IMG/VR virus record: IMGVR_UViG_3300022822_000008 | DNA length: 64,000 bases | Origin: a virus | Lineage: Duplodnaviria > Heunggongvirae > Uroviricota > Caudoviricetes | Direction: 5' to 3' (one strand) | In this document: positions 1-8,809 of the stretch, piece after piece | Layout of the letters: every line of letters begins with the position of its first letter | Position numbering within the stretch: the stretch's first letter is position 1 | Position numbers and translations under genes: made by a program | Notes under the pieces: model-generated | Told to the model about the DNA's origin: nothing | Seen by the model: the letters and a program-made list of their open reading frames with translations, nothing else | Databases searched by the model: none

Positions 1-1
1 G

Positions 2-193
2 AAAATGCCTAATCCAATACGTCAGAATGTCATTGCATTTATCGGCGGATTACCTCCCGAACTTGGACTCGACAAATATATCGACTACGATCTACAATTT
101 GATAAGGTTTTTAAAGCTCCGATGGTTGCGGTAACTAAAGCAATTGGTTGGTCGGCAGAAAAAATCGACACTCTTGAAGATTTCTTCTTTTAA
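2..193 (+). CDS. gp43: DNA polymerase (family B, T4 gp43), C-terminal fragment; gene starts before the window
   Basis: PNPI..NVIAF...LP.EL.L..YIDYDLQFDK.F..P....AIGW..EK..TLEDFF is the typical gp43 C-terminus, ending in a clamp-binding motif. Confidence 0.92.
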   Translation, partial: KMPNPIRQNVIAFIGGLPPELGLDKYIDYDLQFDKVFKAPMVAVTKAIGWSAEKIDTLEDFFF

Positions 194-210
194 AAAATCC
201 TAAATAAACA

Positions 211-239
211 TTGACGGATTGTCCATTGTATGTTATAAT
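211..239 (+). promoter_or_regulatory. sigma70-type promoter (early/middle)
   Basis: TTGACG (211-216), 17-bp spacer, extended -10 TGtTATAAT (231-239), intergenic upstream of dexA. Confidence 0.8.
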
Positions 240-330
240 TGACAATCAAACAACAAAAAGTATCTAATTGTACGCTATAATATACAATCAAACAACAAAA
301 AGTACTTAATTGTACGTTATAGCGTACAAA
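225..330. repeat. Three 22-bp imperfect palindromes (ATTGTA-N10-TACAAT) at exact 42-bp spacing with near-identical 20-bp spacers
   Basis: Units at 225-246, 267-288 and 309-330; spacers caaacaacaaaaagtatcta / caaacaacaaaaagtactta. Confidence 0.85.
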
Positions 331-353
331 CAATAAAAGGAAAAAATTATATA

Positions 354-998
354 ATGAAAGCAGATAAAACAGATATAATAATCGACTTTGAAACGATGAG
401 CGCAGACTCTACCAATTGTGCAGTAATTGATTGTGCTGTTTTTGTGTTTAATTGGGATAAGTTCGTTTCTGATGATCCCTATAAATTAAAAGACGTATTG
501 ACGGCAAAAAGACTTAAACTGTCTGTAAAAGAACAAGTAAAAGATTATGACTTTAAAATTAGTGAGTCTACTTTAGAATTCTGGGCAGGTCTACCTTCTG
601 ATGTTCGTGCTATGATCAAACCTCATGCTGATGATTTAAATGTCACTGAATTTTGCCAGAGTTTCATGGATATATTGATAGAGTCGCCTAAGATTAGTCA
701 TTGGTGGTCTCGTTCAAATACTTTTGATCCTGTCATTCTTGCTCGTTTATTTCGTTCGCAAGATAAATTGAATCACCTCGAAGGAAAACTACCTCATTGG
801 TCTGTTAGAGATACTAGGACGTGGATTGATGCCAAATTTGATTTTCCCAAAAATAATGGTTTCTGCCCAGTCTCAGATGAAGCTAGATGGGATCAGGTAT
901 TTAAAAAACATAACAGTTCTTGGGATGTGTGGGCTGATGTGATGCGTTTGCAAGCGATTGCTAGAGCAGAGCTTGATTTACCACAGGTTGAAATATGA
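354..998 (+). CDS. dexA: DexA-like 3'-5' exonuclease (DEDDh)
   Basis: IIIDFETM (ExoI), WSRSNTFDPVIL (ExoII), H...DV.ADV (ExoIII); T4-like context. Confidence 0.82.
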   Translation: MKADKTDIIIDFETMSADSTNCAVIDCAVFVFNWDKFVSDDPYKLKDVLTAKRLKLSVKEQVKDYDFKISESTLEFWAGLPSDVRAMIKPHADDLNVTEFCQSFMDILIESPKISHWWSRSNTFDPVILARLFRSQDKLNHLEGKLPHWSVRDTRTWIDAKFDFPKNNGFCPVSDEARWDQVFKKHNSSWDVWADVMRLQAIARAELDLPQVEI

Positions 999-1876
999 GT
1001 GTAAATAAACAAAAATTTAACATAGAAAAACTTCGCCAGAATTCTATTTTTATTGGTACGCCTATGTACGGCGGCCAATGTTCTGGTTTGTACACGAAGT
1101 CAACCAATGAATTAGCTATGTTGTGTGCAAGAAATCAAATACCAATAAAATTCTATTATCTGTTTAATGAAAGTCTTGTACAACGGGCTAGAAATTATAT
1201 CACTGATGAATTTATGCGCTCTGGATGTTCACACCTTATGTTTATTGATGCTGATATTGGCTTTGATGCAAAAGATGTTCTTACGTTATTAGGATTGCAG
1301 ACAAGTGATCCCTCTCGTTGTGACATAATCACTGGACCTTATCCAAAGAAAACAATAGCATGGGAAAAAGTGGCTGCAGCTGCGCAACAAGGTGCAGCAT
1401 TTGACAATCCGTTTTTACTTTCGCAATTCACATCTGATTATGTATTTAATCCCATCGGCGGAACAAAACGTTTTGTCATGGATAAACCAGTCGAAGTTGC
1501 TGAAGCAGGTACTGGGTTTATGCTAATACCTCGAACTGCATTAGAGAAATATAAAGTAGCTTATCCTGAGCAAAGTTATAAACCAGATCATGCTCGTACT
1601 GAAAATTTTGACGGGTCGAATGAAATTACTGCTTTTTTTGATTGCGTTATTGATCCAGAGACCAGACGATATCTTTCAGAAGACTATTATTTCTGTAAAC
1701 AATCACGCAAAGCAGGATTATCTTTATGGATGTGCCCATGGATGAAACTGGATCATGTTGGCTCTTATATTTTTAAAGGTAACATGGCTGCTCTTGCCTC
1801 ATTGAAAGGTGTTTCTCCTACTGCCGATAAAAAATCTAACATGAAAAACTACAATGACAACGAAAGTAGTGATTGA
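995..1876 (+). CDS. GT-A fold glycosyltransferase-like protein
   Basis: IFIGTPMYGG, ESLVQRARN, LMFIDADIGF (DxD), GTGFMLI, YLSEDYYFC, LDHVG. Confidence 0.72.
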   Translation: MSVNKQKFNIEKLRQNSIFIGTPMYGGQCSGLYTKSTNELAMLCARNQIPIKFYYLFNESLVQRARNYITDEFMRSGCSHLMFIDADIGFDAKDVLTLLGLQTSDPSRCDIITGPYPKKTIAWEKVAAAAQQGAAFDNPFLLSQFTSDYVFNPIGGTKRFVMDKPVEVAEAGTGFMLIPRTALEKYKVAYPEQSYKPDHARTENFDGSNEITAFFDCVIDPETRRYLSEDYYFCKQSRKAGLSLWMCPWMKLDHVGSYIFKGNMAALASLKGVSPTADKKSNMKNYNDNESSD

Positions 1877-1901
1877 CAAAAACACTAAATAATGTTATAA
1901 T
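1873..1901 (+). promoter_or_regulatory. sigma70 consensus promoter
   Basis: TTGACA (1873-1878), 17 bp, TGtTATAAT (1893-1901); the -35 overlaps the upstream TGA stop. Confidence 0.88.
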
Positions 1902-1926
1902 GTATACCTAAACACCGGAGACCCTT

Positions 1927-2250
1927 ATCAAAGAATATAAAATAGACACATCAGAATCTTATGACGATCTTGTGGATTCTAAACCACAGCAAGATCTAAC
2001 AAATAAAACATTAAAATCTTTTCTTGATGAAGGTGATGACGAATATGAACCTTCAGTAAAAGCAAGAGTAGATACAGACCCAGAATTTTCCTTGAGTTGG
2101 CAGAGATTGATAGTCAATATTGAAGATTTGGAAGATTTGAAAGAATTCACCAGAATATGCGGTATAGTAATTACTCCAAAAACTGATGAGATTATATACG
2201 AACATAATCCCGAACCAACAGGATTATTTAACTTTTTATCGGATGATTAA
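1927..2250 (+). CDS. Small acidic protein, paralogous to the N-terminal domain of the downstream glycosyltransferase; probable ATC start (track start is GTG 1972)
   Basis: GGAG at 1917-1920 precedes an in-frame ATC at 1927; LIVNIEDLEDLKEF..ICG resembles LLVKFKTMEDRQAF..LFG; C-terminal GLFNFL. Confidence 0.65.
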   Translation: MKEYKIDTSESYDDLVDSKPQQDLTNKTLKSFLDEGDDEYEPSVKARVDTDPEFSLSWQRLIVNIEDLEDLKEFTRICGIVITPKTDEIIYEHNPEPTGLFNFLSDD

Positions 2251-2252
2251 TT

Positions 2253-3503
2253 ATGATTGTAAATGAAACAGGAACTATTGAAGAACTACAAAACTGCTGG
2301 AGAGATCCATACAAACAATGGTGGGCCGCGGGTATGCCTTCATTTAATCAAGGCAAAGCTAATGTGCCTGGTACAACTAAGTCTTTATTGGTAAAATTTA
2401 AGACTATGGAAGATCGCCAAGCGTTTTCAGATTTATTTGGTTTTAACTTAGGTAAAAAGAAACTTTCGAAAAGTTCTAGTCGAACTAATTCTGTATATTT
2501 TCCTTACCGAGAACAAGAAGCAAATATGTCAAAGCGATATGTACTTGACAGTGATGAGGAAAAACATACTCCTAGATATCCTATCTACATCATATCGAAA
2601 GGTCGCCACAAAAGTCGACATACTTCAAAAGCACTCGAGAGAATGAATGTTCCTTATTACATTGCAGTCGAACCTCAAGAATATGACGACTATTGTTCAG
2701 TTATCGACCCAGCTAAAGTGTTGAAATTGCCTTTCAGCAACCATGGTAAAGGTTCTGGACCTGCTCGTAACTGGTGTTGGGAACATTCAAAGGCGAATGG
2801 ATTCAAACGACATTGGTTACTTGATGATAACATTGGCGAATTTTGGCGCTTGCATAATAACAAAAGGTATCGCTCGGAAAGTGGTGGATTATTTAGTTCG
2901 ACTGAAGATTATGTTGACAGATTTGAAAACGTAGCGCTTGCTAGTTTGCAATATAAATTCTTTACTACAGAGAAAGAAAACTATCCTCCTTATGTACTAA
3001 ATACTCGTGTGATGTCTTGTTGTTTAATTGATAATGCTATTGATATTCGATGGAGAGGACGTTATAACGAGGATGTAGATTTATCAATCAGAGCTTTGAA
3101 AGAAGGCTATTGTACAATGTTATTTCTTCACGGTCTCTGTGGCAAACTGGAAACCGGAACTGTAAAGGGTGGGAATACTACTGAAATATACGGTGATTAT
3201 GCTGAAGACCAAGCAATGAAAAAATCTAGGATGCTACATGAAGCACACCCAGATTGCGTTGATTTAGTCGAACGTTATGGTAGAGTTCACCATTCTGTAA
3301 ATTTGGATAAAATCATCAACAAACACAATCAGCAATCAGCTAGACAAAATGTGCCTATTCTGAAAAGTGACGCTAGGATCGTAAATGAAGTGGACAACTA
3401 CGGCATGATGTTGGTTGCAAATTTCGGCACAGCTGAACAAGTAGAGATACCAGAATATCAATTAAATGCTTATCCAGTTGGAAGGAAAAAGGTTCATGAG
3501 TAA
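2253..3503 (+). CDS. GREB1/JGT-related (TET-associated type) GT-A glycosyltransferase, probable DNA-base glycosyltransferase, with an extra N-terminal domain
   Basis: YPIYIISKGR, YIAVEPQEY..Y, GSGPARNWCWEHS, HWLLDDNI, WRGRYNEDVDLS, KGGNT. Confidence 0.75.
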   Translation: MIVNETGTIEELQNCWRDPYKQWWAAGMPSFNQGKANVPGTTKSLLVKFKTMEDRQAFSDLFGFNLGKKKLSKSSSRTNSVYFPYREQEANMSKRYVLDSDEEKHTPRYPIYIISKGRHKSRHTSKALERMNVPYYIAVEPQEYDDYCSVIDPAKVLKLPFSNHGKGSGPARNWCWEHSKANGFKRHWLLDDNIGEFWRLHNNKRYRSESGGLFSSTEDYVDRFENVALASLQYKFFTTEKENYPPYVLNTRVMSCCLIDNAIDIRWRGRYNEDVDLSIRALKEGYCTMLFLHGLCGKLETGTVKGGNTTEIYGDYAEDQAMKKSRMLHEAHPDCVDLVERYGRVHHSVNLDKIINKHNQQSARQNVPILKSDARIVNEVDNYGMMLVANFGTAEQVEIPEYQLNAYPVGRKKVHE

Positions 3504-4362
3504 AATATTAGTAACAGGCGGCGCAGGCTTTATAGGTTCCCACTTATGTGGGGAATTGGCTTCATTGGGTCACAAGGTGACTTCACTAGATAATTATTTC
3601 ACTGGTGAATCTTGCAATCATATAAGGAATTGCAACATTCGCTACATTTATGGTTCTACCGAACAAGTGTCTTCATTACTGCAACCTGAATTCGATATTG
3701 TCTATCACTTGGGCGAGTATTCTAGGGTCGAGCAAAGTTTTGAAGATATTGATTTGGTCTGGAAATTCAATAAAATTGGCACTTATGAAATATTAAAATT
3801 TGTCAATGCCTGCGGTGCTAAACTAATATATGCAGGTTCATCTACGAAGTTCGCAGATATGACTGATTATATGCAAAGTCCTTATGCTTGGTCCAAAGCA
3901 ACAAATACTGAATTTGTAAAGCAATATGCTGAATGGTATGATATTGACTATGCTATAACCTACTTTTATAATGTATACGGACCACGTGAAATAAGCACAG
4001 GTAAATATGCTACGCTTATAGCTAAGTTTAAAGAGTTAAAAAAGAATAATAAAGTACTCACTGTTGTATTGCCAGGCACACAGACGCGAAACTTTACCTA
4101 TATATCAGATATCATTGATGCATTACTTCTTATCGGCGAAGAAGGTCATGGAGACGAATATGGTATAGGTGATCCGCAAGAATATACTATTAACGAAGTT
4201 GCTGAAATGTTTGAATCACCTATAGAATATCTCCCTGTCAGAAAGGGTAATAGGTTATCTGCACCCGTAATTAGTAAAAAGACTCGTATCCTAGGATGGG
4301 AACCAAAACACAACTTAAAAAACTATATAAATCAACTTATGAAGAATGGATGGAAAGATTAA
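3496..4362 (+). CDS. NAD-dependent nucleotide-sugar epimerase/dehydratase (extended SDR)
   Basis: ILVTGGAGFIGSHL Rossmann motif, YAWSK catalytic YxxxK, YNVYGP, RNFTYI.D; start corrected to ATG 3496. Confidence 0.9.
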   Translation: MSKILVTGGAGFIGSHLCGELASLGHKVTSLDNYFTGESCNHIRNCNIRYIYGSTEQVSSLLQPEFDIVYHLGEYSRVEQSFEDIDLVWKFNKIGTYEILKFVNACGAKLIYAGSSTKFADMTDYMQSPYAWSKATNTEFVKQYAEWYDIDYAITYFYNVYGPREISTGKYATLIAKFKELKKNNKVLTVVLPGTQTRNFTYISDIIDALLLIGEEGHGDEYGIGDPQEYTINEVAEMFESPIEYLPVRKGNRLSAPVISKKTRILGWEPKHNLKNYINQLMKNGWKD

Positions 4363-5210
4363 TGAAAAGTAAACTAAGAATGGCAATAGTCGGTGCTGGA
4401 TTTGTTGGTAAGGCTGTTGATTATGGTTTCCCAGATAAGAATTGTACCAAAACACTTATTGATCCCAAACTTGGCACTTCTGTTTCCGACTTAAAAGGAT
4501 TGCCAATTAAAGTAACTTTTGTATGTGTTCCGACGCCGATGGGATTAGACGGAAGTATTGATGCTTCGATACTTGAGAGCGTAGTCGCTGAGCTGCTTGT
4601 TATGACAGATGGAATTGCGGTCGTGAAATCTACTGTTGTTCCTGATATTATAGATGCACTTTGTGTTAACCCACGTGTTGTTTATTGTCCAGAATTTTTA
4701 ACTGAAAATAATGCTAATGAGGATTTTGTCAATCCGTTTATGCATGTATTCGGCGGTAATTCTTTTTACACCGAAATGTTGGAAAACATTTATAAACTTT
4801 ACAGTTCTTGTAAAATTTGCCCAACTTATCACATGACAGCTTCTGAAGCAAGTTTTGTTAAATATGGAATGAATTCATTTCTTGCCACAAAAGTATTATG
4901 GTTTAATCAGTTTCATGATATAATAGAGAAGTTTGGTGGTAATTATAACACAATTCGAAATGCAATAGGCACTGATGCTAGAATAGGTCACTCTCATACG
5001 ATGATCCCAGGTCATGATGGAAGGCGTGGATTTGGGTCTGCTTGTTTTGCAAAAGATTGTCCTGCGTTTATAAATTTTGCGGCAAAGCAGTCTGAACCAT
5101 TTACTGTACTCACCGAAGTTGTTCGTAAGAATCAAGACATTCGTAATTCATATGGTGACCCGTTGCCTCGTGAAGTTGAACAGAAAGTTAATTTTAATTT
5201 TAACATTTAG
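4362..5210 (+). CDS. UDP-glucose/GDP-mannose 6-dehydrogenase family protein (short form lacking the C-terminal domain)
   Basis: IVGAGFVG, FVCVPTP, VKSTV.P, PEFL.E, K...NSFLATK, GFGSACFAKD (catalytic Cys); TAATG overlap start at 4362. Confidence 0.88.
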   Translation: MKSKLRMAIVGAGFVGKAVDYGFPDKNCTKTLIDPKLGTSVSDLKGLPIKVTFVCVPTPMGLDGSIDASILESVVAELLVMTDGIAVVKSTVVPDIIDALCVNPRVVYCPEFLTENNANEDFVNPFMHVFGGNSFYTEMLENIYKLYSSCKICPTYHMTASEASFVKYGMNSFLATKVLWFNQFHDIIEKFGGNYNTIRNAIGTDARIGHSHTMIPGHDGRRGFGSACFAKDCPAFINFAAKQSEPFTVLTEVVRKNQDIRNSYGDPLPREVEQKVNFNFNI

Positions 5211-5219
5211 GATAGACTA

Positions 5220-5690
5220 ATGAATAAATGGGACATTCGATTTTTGAAACTCGCAAGAGAAGTATCCACCTGGAGTAAAGATCCTTCAACAAAAATAGGC
5301 GCTGTAATTGTAAATGATGATAAACGAGTATTGTCTACAGGATATAATGGATTTCCGAAAGGGATAGACGATAGTAAAGAACGTCTTAATGATCGTGAAT
5401 TAAAATATCAGTTTGTGGTTCATGCCGAAATGAATGCAATTTATAATGCCACACGTAGCGGTGTCGCTCTTAAAGATGGTACCTTATATTGCTGGGGATT
5501 GCCGGTTTGTTCTAAATGTTCGCTAGGTGTTATATCGGCGGGGATAAAAAGAGTAGTTATGGTTCGAAAAGAAATACCAGAACGTTGGGAAAAGGAAACG
5601 AAAATATCTCTAGACAATTTTAACGAAGCAGGCATTTGCACGAGCTTTGTTGATATAAAAGAGTTTGAAAATAATGAAGAAAAACATTGA
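5220..5690 (+). CDS. cd: dCMP deaminase
   Basis: SKDPSTKIGAVI, GYNGFPKG, HAEMNAI, P.CSKC zinc motifs. Confidence 0.93.
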   Translation: MNKWDIRFLKLAREVSTWSKDPSTKIGAVIVNDDKRVLSTGYNGFPKGIDDSKERLNDRELKYQFVVHAEMNAIYNATRSGVALKDGTLYCWGLPVCSKCSLGVISAGIKRVVMVRKEIPERWEKETKISLDNFNEAGICTSFVDIKEFENNEEKH

Positions 5691-5715
5691 CAACAGTACG
5701 TTACTATGTTATAAT
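5687..5715 (+). promoter_or_regulatory. sigma70 consensus promoter
   Basis: TTGACA (5687-5692), 17 bp, TGtTATAAT (5707-5715); the -35 overlaps the cd stop codon. Confidence 0.88.
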
Positions 5716-5790
5716 GATGCCATTACCGCAACCAAACACAAATGCAAAAGTGCATTCTGCACAAAAATTAAATTATGAATAGGATATTAA

Positions 5791-6453
5791 ATGAAATTAT
5801 CAGAACAAACTTTAACAGTGCTTAAAAACTTCTCGCTTATAAACCCGTCAATAGTTTTTAAACCTGGTAATGTACTCCGCACAATTAGTCCTCAAAAAAC
5901 TGTTATGGCATCTGCTACCATTCCAGATGAAATCCCAGCTCATGCTTGCATCTATGATACAACTCGTTTTTTATCAATCTTGACTTTATATAACGAGCCA
6001 GAGATTGAATTCGAAGAACGTAACTTTATCATAAAAGAAGGCAAACGAAGAACTAAATATGTCTATGCTGATATTTCAATGGTTATCGTGCCGCCTGAAA
6101 AGGAAATTAAACTTCCATCCGAAGATGTTTCCGTTGATGTTAAATGGGAAGACTTACAATCGGTATTAAAAGCTGCAGGTGTTCTTCAATTTACAGAGAT
6201 TGCATTCGTTGGTGAAAGCGGCAAATGTTATCTTAAGGCTATCGACAGTGCGAAAAGAGGTGCTGACGATTATGGCGTTGAAATTGGAAACGCAGACGAT
6301 GAATTCCAAGTTATCATTAAAACCGACAACTTGAAACTATTACCGCAGGATTACAAAGTAACAATATCTTCAAAAGGTATCTCTGAATTCGCAGGTAATG
6401 ACGCCACTTATTTCGTGGCAGTAGACTCTAAATCAACTTACAAAAAAGGATAA
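5791..6453 (+). CDS. gp45: Sliding clamp
   Basis: MKLSEQTLTVLKNFSLINPSI..., NLKLLP.DY.V.IS...ISEF; precedes gp44/gp62. Confidence 0.93.
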   Translation: MKLSEQTLTVLKNFSLINPSIVFKPGNVLRTISPQKTVMASATIPDEIPAHACIYDTTRFLSILTLYNEPEIEFEERNFIIKEGKRRTKYVYADISMVIVPPEKEIKLPSEDVSVDVKWEDLQSVLKAAGVLQFTEIAFVGESGKCYLKAIDSAKRGADDYGVEIGNADDEFQVIIKTDNLKLLPQDYKVTISSKGISEFAGNDATYFVAVDSKSTYKKG

Positions 6454-6460
6454 ATTAAAT

Positions 6461-6706
6461 ATGAGCCAAGAAGAAAAGATTACGATTACATTGGGTGAAA
6501 TTTCAACTCTAGTTCAAATCATCGACGTTGTTTCTCAACGTGGTGCGATACAGGGATCTGAAATGCAAGGCGTAGGTTCACTGCGAAACAAGCTTGAGGC
6601 GTTTTTGAAACAAAATGGAGCTGAACAACCCGCAGCTGCAGCACAAGATGCCGACGTAGAAACAGTGGAAGCACCTAAAGGACCTCTGCAAGGAAAAGTT
6701 GTTTAA
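6461..6706 (+). CDS. Conserved hypothetical protein
   Basis: Good SD (aagga); helical motif IIDVVSQRGA....E...VG.L..KL..FL. Confidence 0.7.
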   Translation: MSQEEKITITLGEISTLVQIIDVVSQRGAIQGSEMQGVGSLRNKLEAFLKQNGAEQPAAAAQDADVETVEAPKGPLQGKVV

Positions 6707-6724
6707 TTAATATGATTCAAATTA

Positions 6725-6760
6725 AAGGCCGCCTATTAACGTAAGCGGTCTTCCCTTCTC
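6725..6760 (+). terminator. Possible stem-loop or weak terminator
   Basis: aaggccgc (6725-6732) pairs with gcggtctt (6745-6752); the pyrimidine tail is not pure U. Confidence 0.35.
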
Positions 6761-6784
6761 TATCAAATATATTATGGAATCAAA

Positions 6785-7738
6785 ATGACTATTACTTTTA
6801 AAACAAATCAGCCTTTATGGGTGGAAAAATATAGACCTCAGATAATTGCTGACACAATATTACCTGAAGCAACTAAGAAACAATTCCAACAATTCGTTGA
6901 TGATGATTCAGTGCCGAATCTATTATTATCTGGCGGTCCAGGTTGTGGTAAAACTACTGTTGCTAAAGCAATGCTAGAAGAAATGGGCTGTGATTATATT
7001 GTTAAAAACGGCTCGTTGAACGTCAACATAGATACTTTGCGTTATGAGATATCTACCTACGCATCTGCAACTTCACTGACTGGAGGACGCAAATATGTTA
7101 TCTTTGATGAGGCTGACTATCTAAATCCTAACAGTGTACAGCCTGCACTTCGTAACTTCATTGAGGAATATTCCTCAAATTGCGGATTCATCTTCACCTG
7201 CAATTATAAAAATAAAATCAAAGAAGCACTTCGTTCTCGACTTTCCAGCATTGATTTTTCAATCGAAGGTAAAGACAAACCTAAACTTGCATTAGCATTT
7301 TTCAAACGTGTAGTTCAGATACTTGAAAATGAAGGCGTTCCTTTCGAAAAGGCTGTCGTAGGTAGAGTTGTTGAAAAACACTTTCCGGACTTTCGTCGAG
7401 TGCTTACTGAATTGCAAACTTATGCAGCTTCAGGTAAAATTGATGAAGGTGTCCTCAACAATTTCAAAGAAGAATCAATCACAGAAATGTATAAACTTCT
7501 TAAGGCGAAAGATTTCACCAACATGCGTAAATGGGTTGCTCAAAATTCTGACCAAGATATGAATGAAATGTTTCGTCGGATTTATGATGAAGGTGGTAAT
7601 CGTGTTGAACATAGTACCATGCCTGGTTTCGTTGTTACACTTGCTGATTATATGTACAAGGCAGGTTTTGTTGCAGACCCCGAAATTAATATGGTAGCTT
7701 TCCTTACAGAAATCATGATCGAATGTGAGTTCAAATAA
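6785..7738 (+). CDS. gp44: Clamp loader large subunit (AAA+)
   Basis: LWVEKYRP, GGPGCGKTT Walker A, IFDEAD Walker B, LRSR, HFPDFRR. Confidence 0.96.
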   Translation: MTITFKTNQPLWVEKYRPQIIADTILPEATKKQFQQFVDDDSVPNLLLSGGPGCGKTTVAKAMLEEMGCDYIVKNGSLNVNIDTLRYEISTYASATSLTGGRKYVIFDEADYLNPNSVQPALRNFIEEYSSNCGFIFTCNYKNKIKEALRSRLSSIDFSIEGKDKPKLALAFFKRVVQILENEGVPFEKAVVGRVVEKHFPDFRRVLTELQTYAASGKIDEGVLNNFKEESITEMYKLLKAKDFTNMRKWVAQNSDQDMNEMFRRIYDEGGNRVEHSTMPGFVVTLADYMYKAGFVADPEINMVAFLTEIMIECEFK

Positions 7739-7923
7739 TGTTTGGTTTTGCAAAAAAGGTGACGTGCTTTAATTGTTTCAAAAAGACAATTAAGAAAAAA
7801 GCATCAACTATAAAATTGGATACTGCGGACGGTAAGCATAGTATATATGCCTGTTCTGAGTGTGCAGTACCTTTCAACGAACTATTATCTGAATTGGAGA
7901 AATTGAAAAATGGCGAAAGTTAA
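7738..7923 (+). CDS. Small zinc-ribbon protein
   Basis: CFNC...CSEC; translationally coupled to gp44 (TAATG). Confidence 0.65.
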   Translation: MFGFAKKVTCFNCFKKTIKKKASTIKLDTADGKHSIYACSECAVPFNELLSELEKLKNGES

Positions 7924-8350
7924 ATCCTTGCCTAAGAAGGTAAAGGATCCCAAAGATAAAGAGTTATCTCCGTTTGATTTTATGAACGCAGCTTCAGATT
8001 CAAAAGCGGATTTAATACGTACCAGCGAACAACCTCAACATACTGAAGGTTTATATAATGCGTACATAACAAATAGAGGCTTTGCAAATTTTCAAGATAC
8101 TATTTTACATGCCAATGAAATGAATATGAGACACGGTTTGTTTGCTGGTGCTCAATTTGACTATTATCGTTCTGCGTTGCGTAAACGTAAACGTTGGTCT
8201 GGTTGGCCTAAGTCTATTAAAGATCCAGACCTAGATGCTATTCAGCATGTTTATCAATGTAGTCGTGTAATTGCTAAGTTATATTTAAAAGCATTGACTC
8301 CTGAGCAACTTAAAACTGTAAATGATAAGATGACAACAGGCGGTGCCTAA
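7910..8350 (+). CDS. gp62: Clamp loader small subunit
   Basis: SPFDFMN, YNAYITNR, ANEMN, QFDYY...LRKRKRWS.W; synteny. Confidence 0.9.
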   Translation: MAKVKSLPKKVKDPKDKELSPFDFMNAASDSKADLIRTSEQPQHTEGLYNAYITNRGFANFQDTILHANEMNMRHGLFAGAQFDYYRSALRKRKRWSGWPKSIKDPDLDAIQHVYQCSRVIAKLYLKALTPEQLKTVNDKMTTGGA

Positions 8351-8407
8351 ATTGTAGTTTTCATAAATAAAATAAAATGAAAATTATAATAATAAAAGGT
8401 GATAATA

Positions 8408-8806
8408 ATGGATGATATATTCAGAGGAGTAGGCGTTGAAATAGAATTACCAACACAGGATACATTCCTTAAGGTAAAGGAAACATTAACTCGTATTGGG
8501 ATTTCCGCTAGACAAGAGAAAAAACTTTTTCAATCGTGCCACATACTTCACAAAAAAGGTCGGTATGCAATTTTACATTTTAAGGAATTGTTTATATTGG
8601 ACGGAAAGGTTGATACCTTTACTGAAGAAGATGAAGCACGAAGAAATACAATAGTTAATCTTTTATCTGAATGGGAATTGTTAACGATAATTAATCCAAA
8701 ACAAACTGAAACCCTTACAGCAACATTGAGTCAAATTAAGATAATTTCATTTAAAGATAAATGTGATTGGGAACTTGCTGTAAAATACAATATAGGTAAA
8801 AAGTAG
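8408..8806 (+). CDS. regA: Translational repressor RegA
   Basis: FLKVKETLTRIGI, LFQSCHILHKKGRYAILHFKELF.LDG, RRNTIV.LL.EW; ATG 8408 after AGGTGA. Confidence 0.96.
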   Translation: MDDIFRGVGVEIELPTQDTFLKVKETLTRIGISARQEKKLFQSCHILHKKGRYAILHFKELFILDGKVDTFTEEDEARRNTIVNLLSEWELLTIINPKQTETLTATLSQIKIISFKDKCDWELAVKYNIGKK

Positions 8807-8809
8807 ATT

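Noticed and set aside
225-330. Possible mini-CRISPR array
   Set aside because: Spacers are near-identical to each other and only 20 bp long; no cas genes; this is a tandem repeat
5740-5756. Small hairpin aatgca-aaag-tgcatt in the gp45 leader
   Set aside because: Only a 6-bp AT-rich stem; not enough support for a regulatory element
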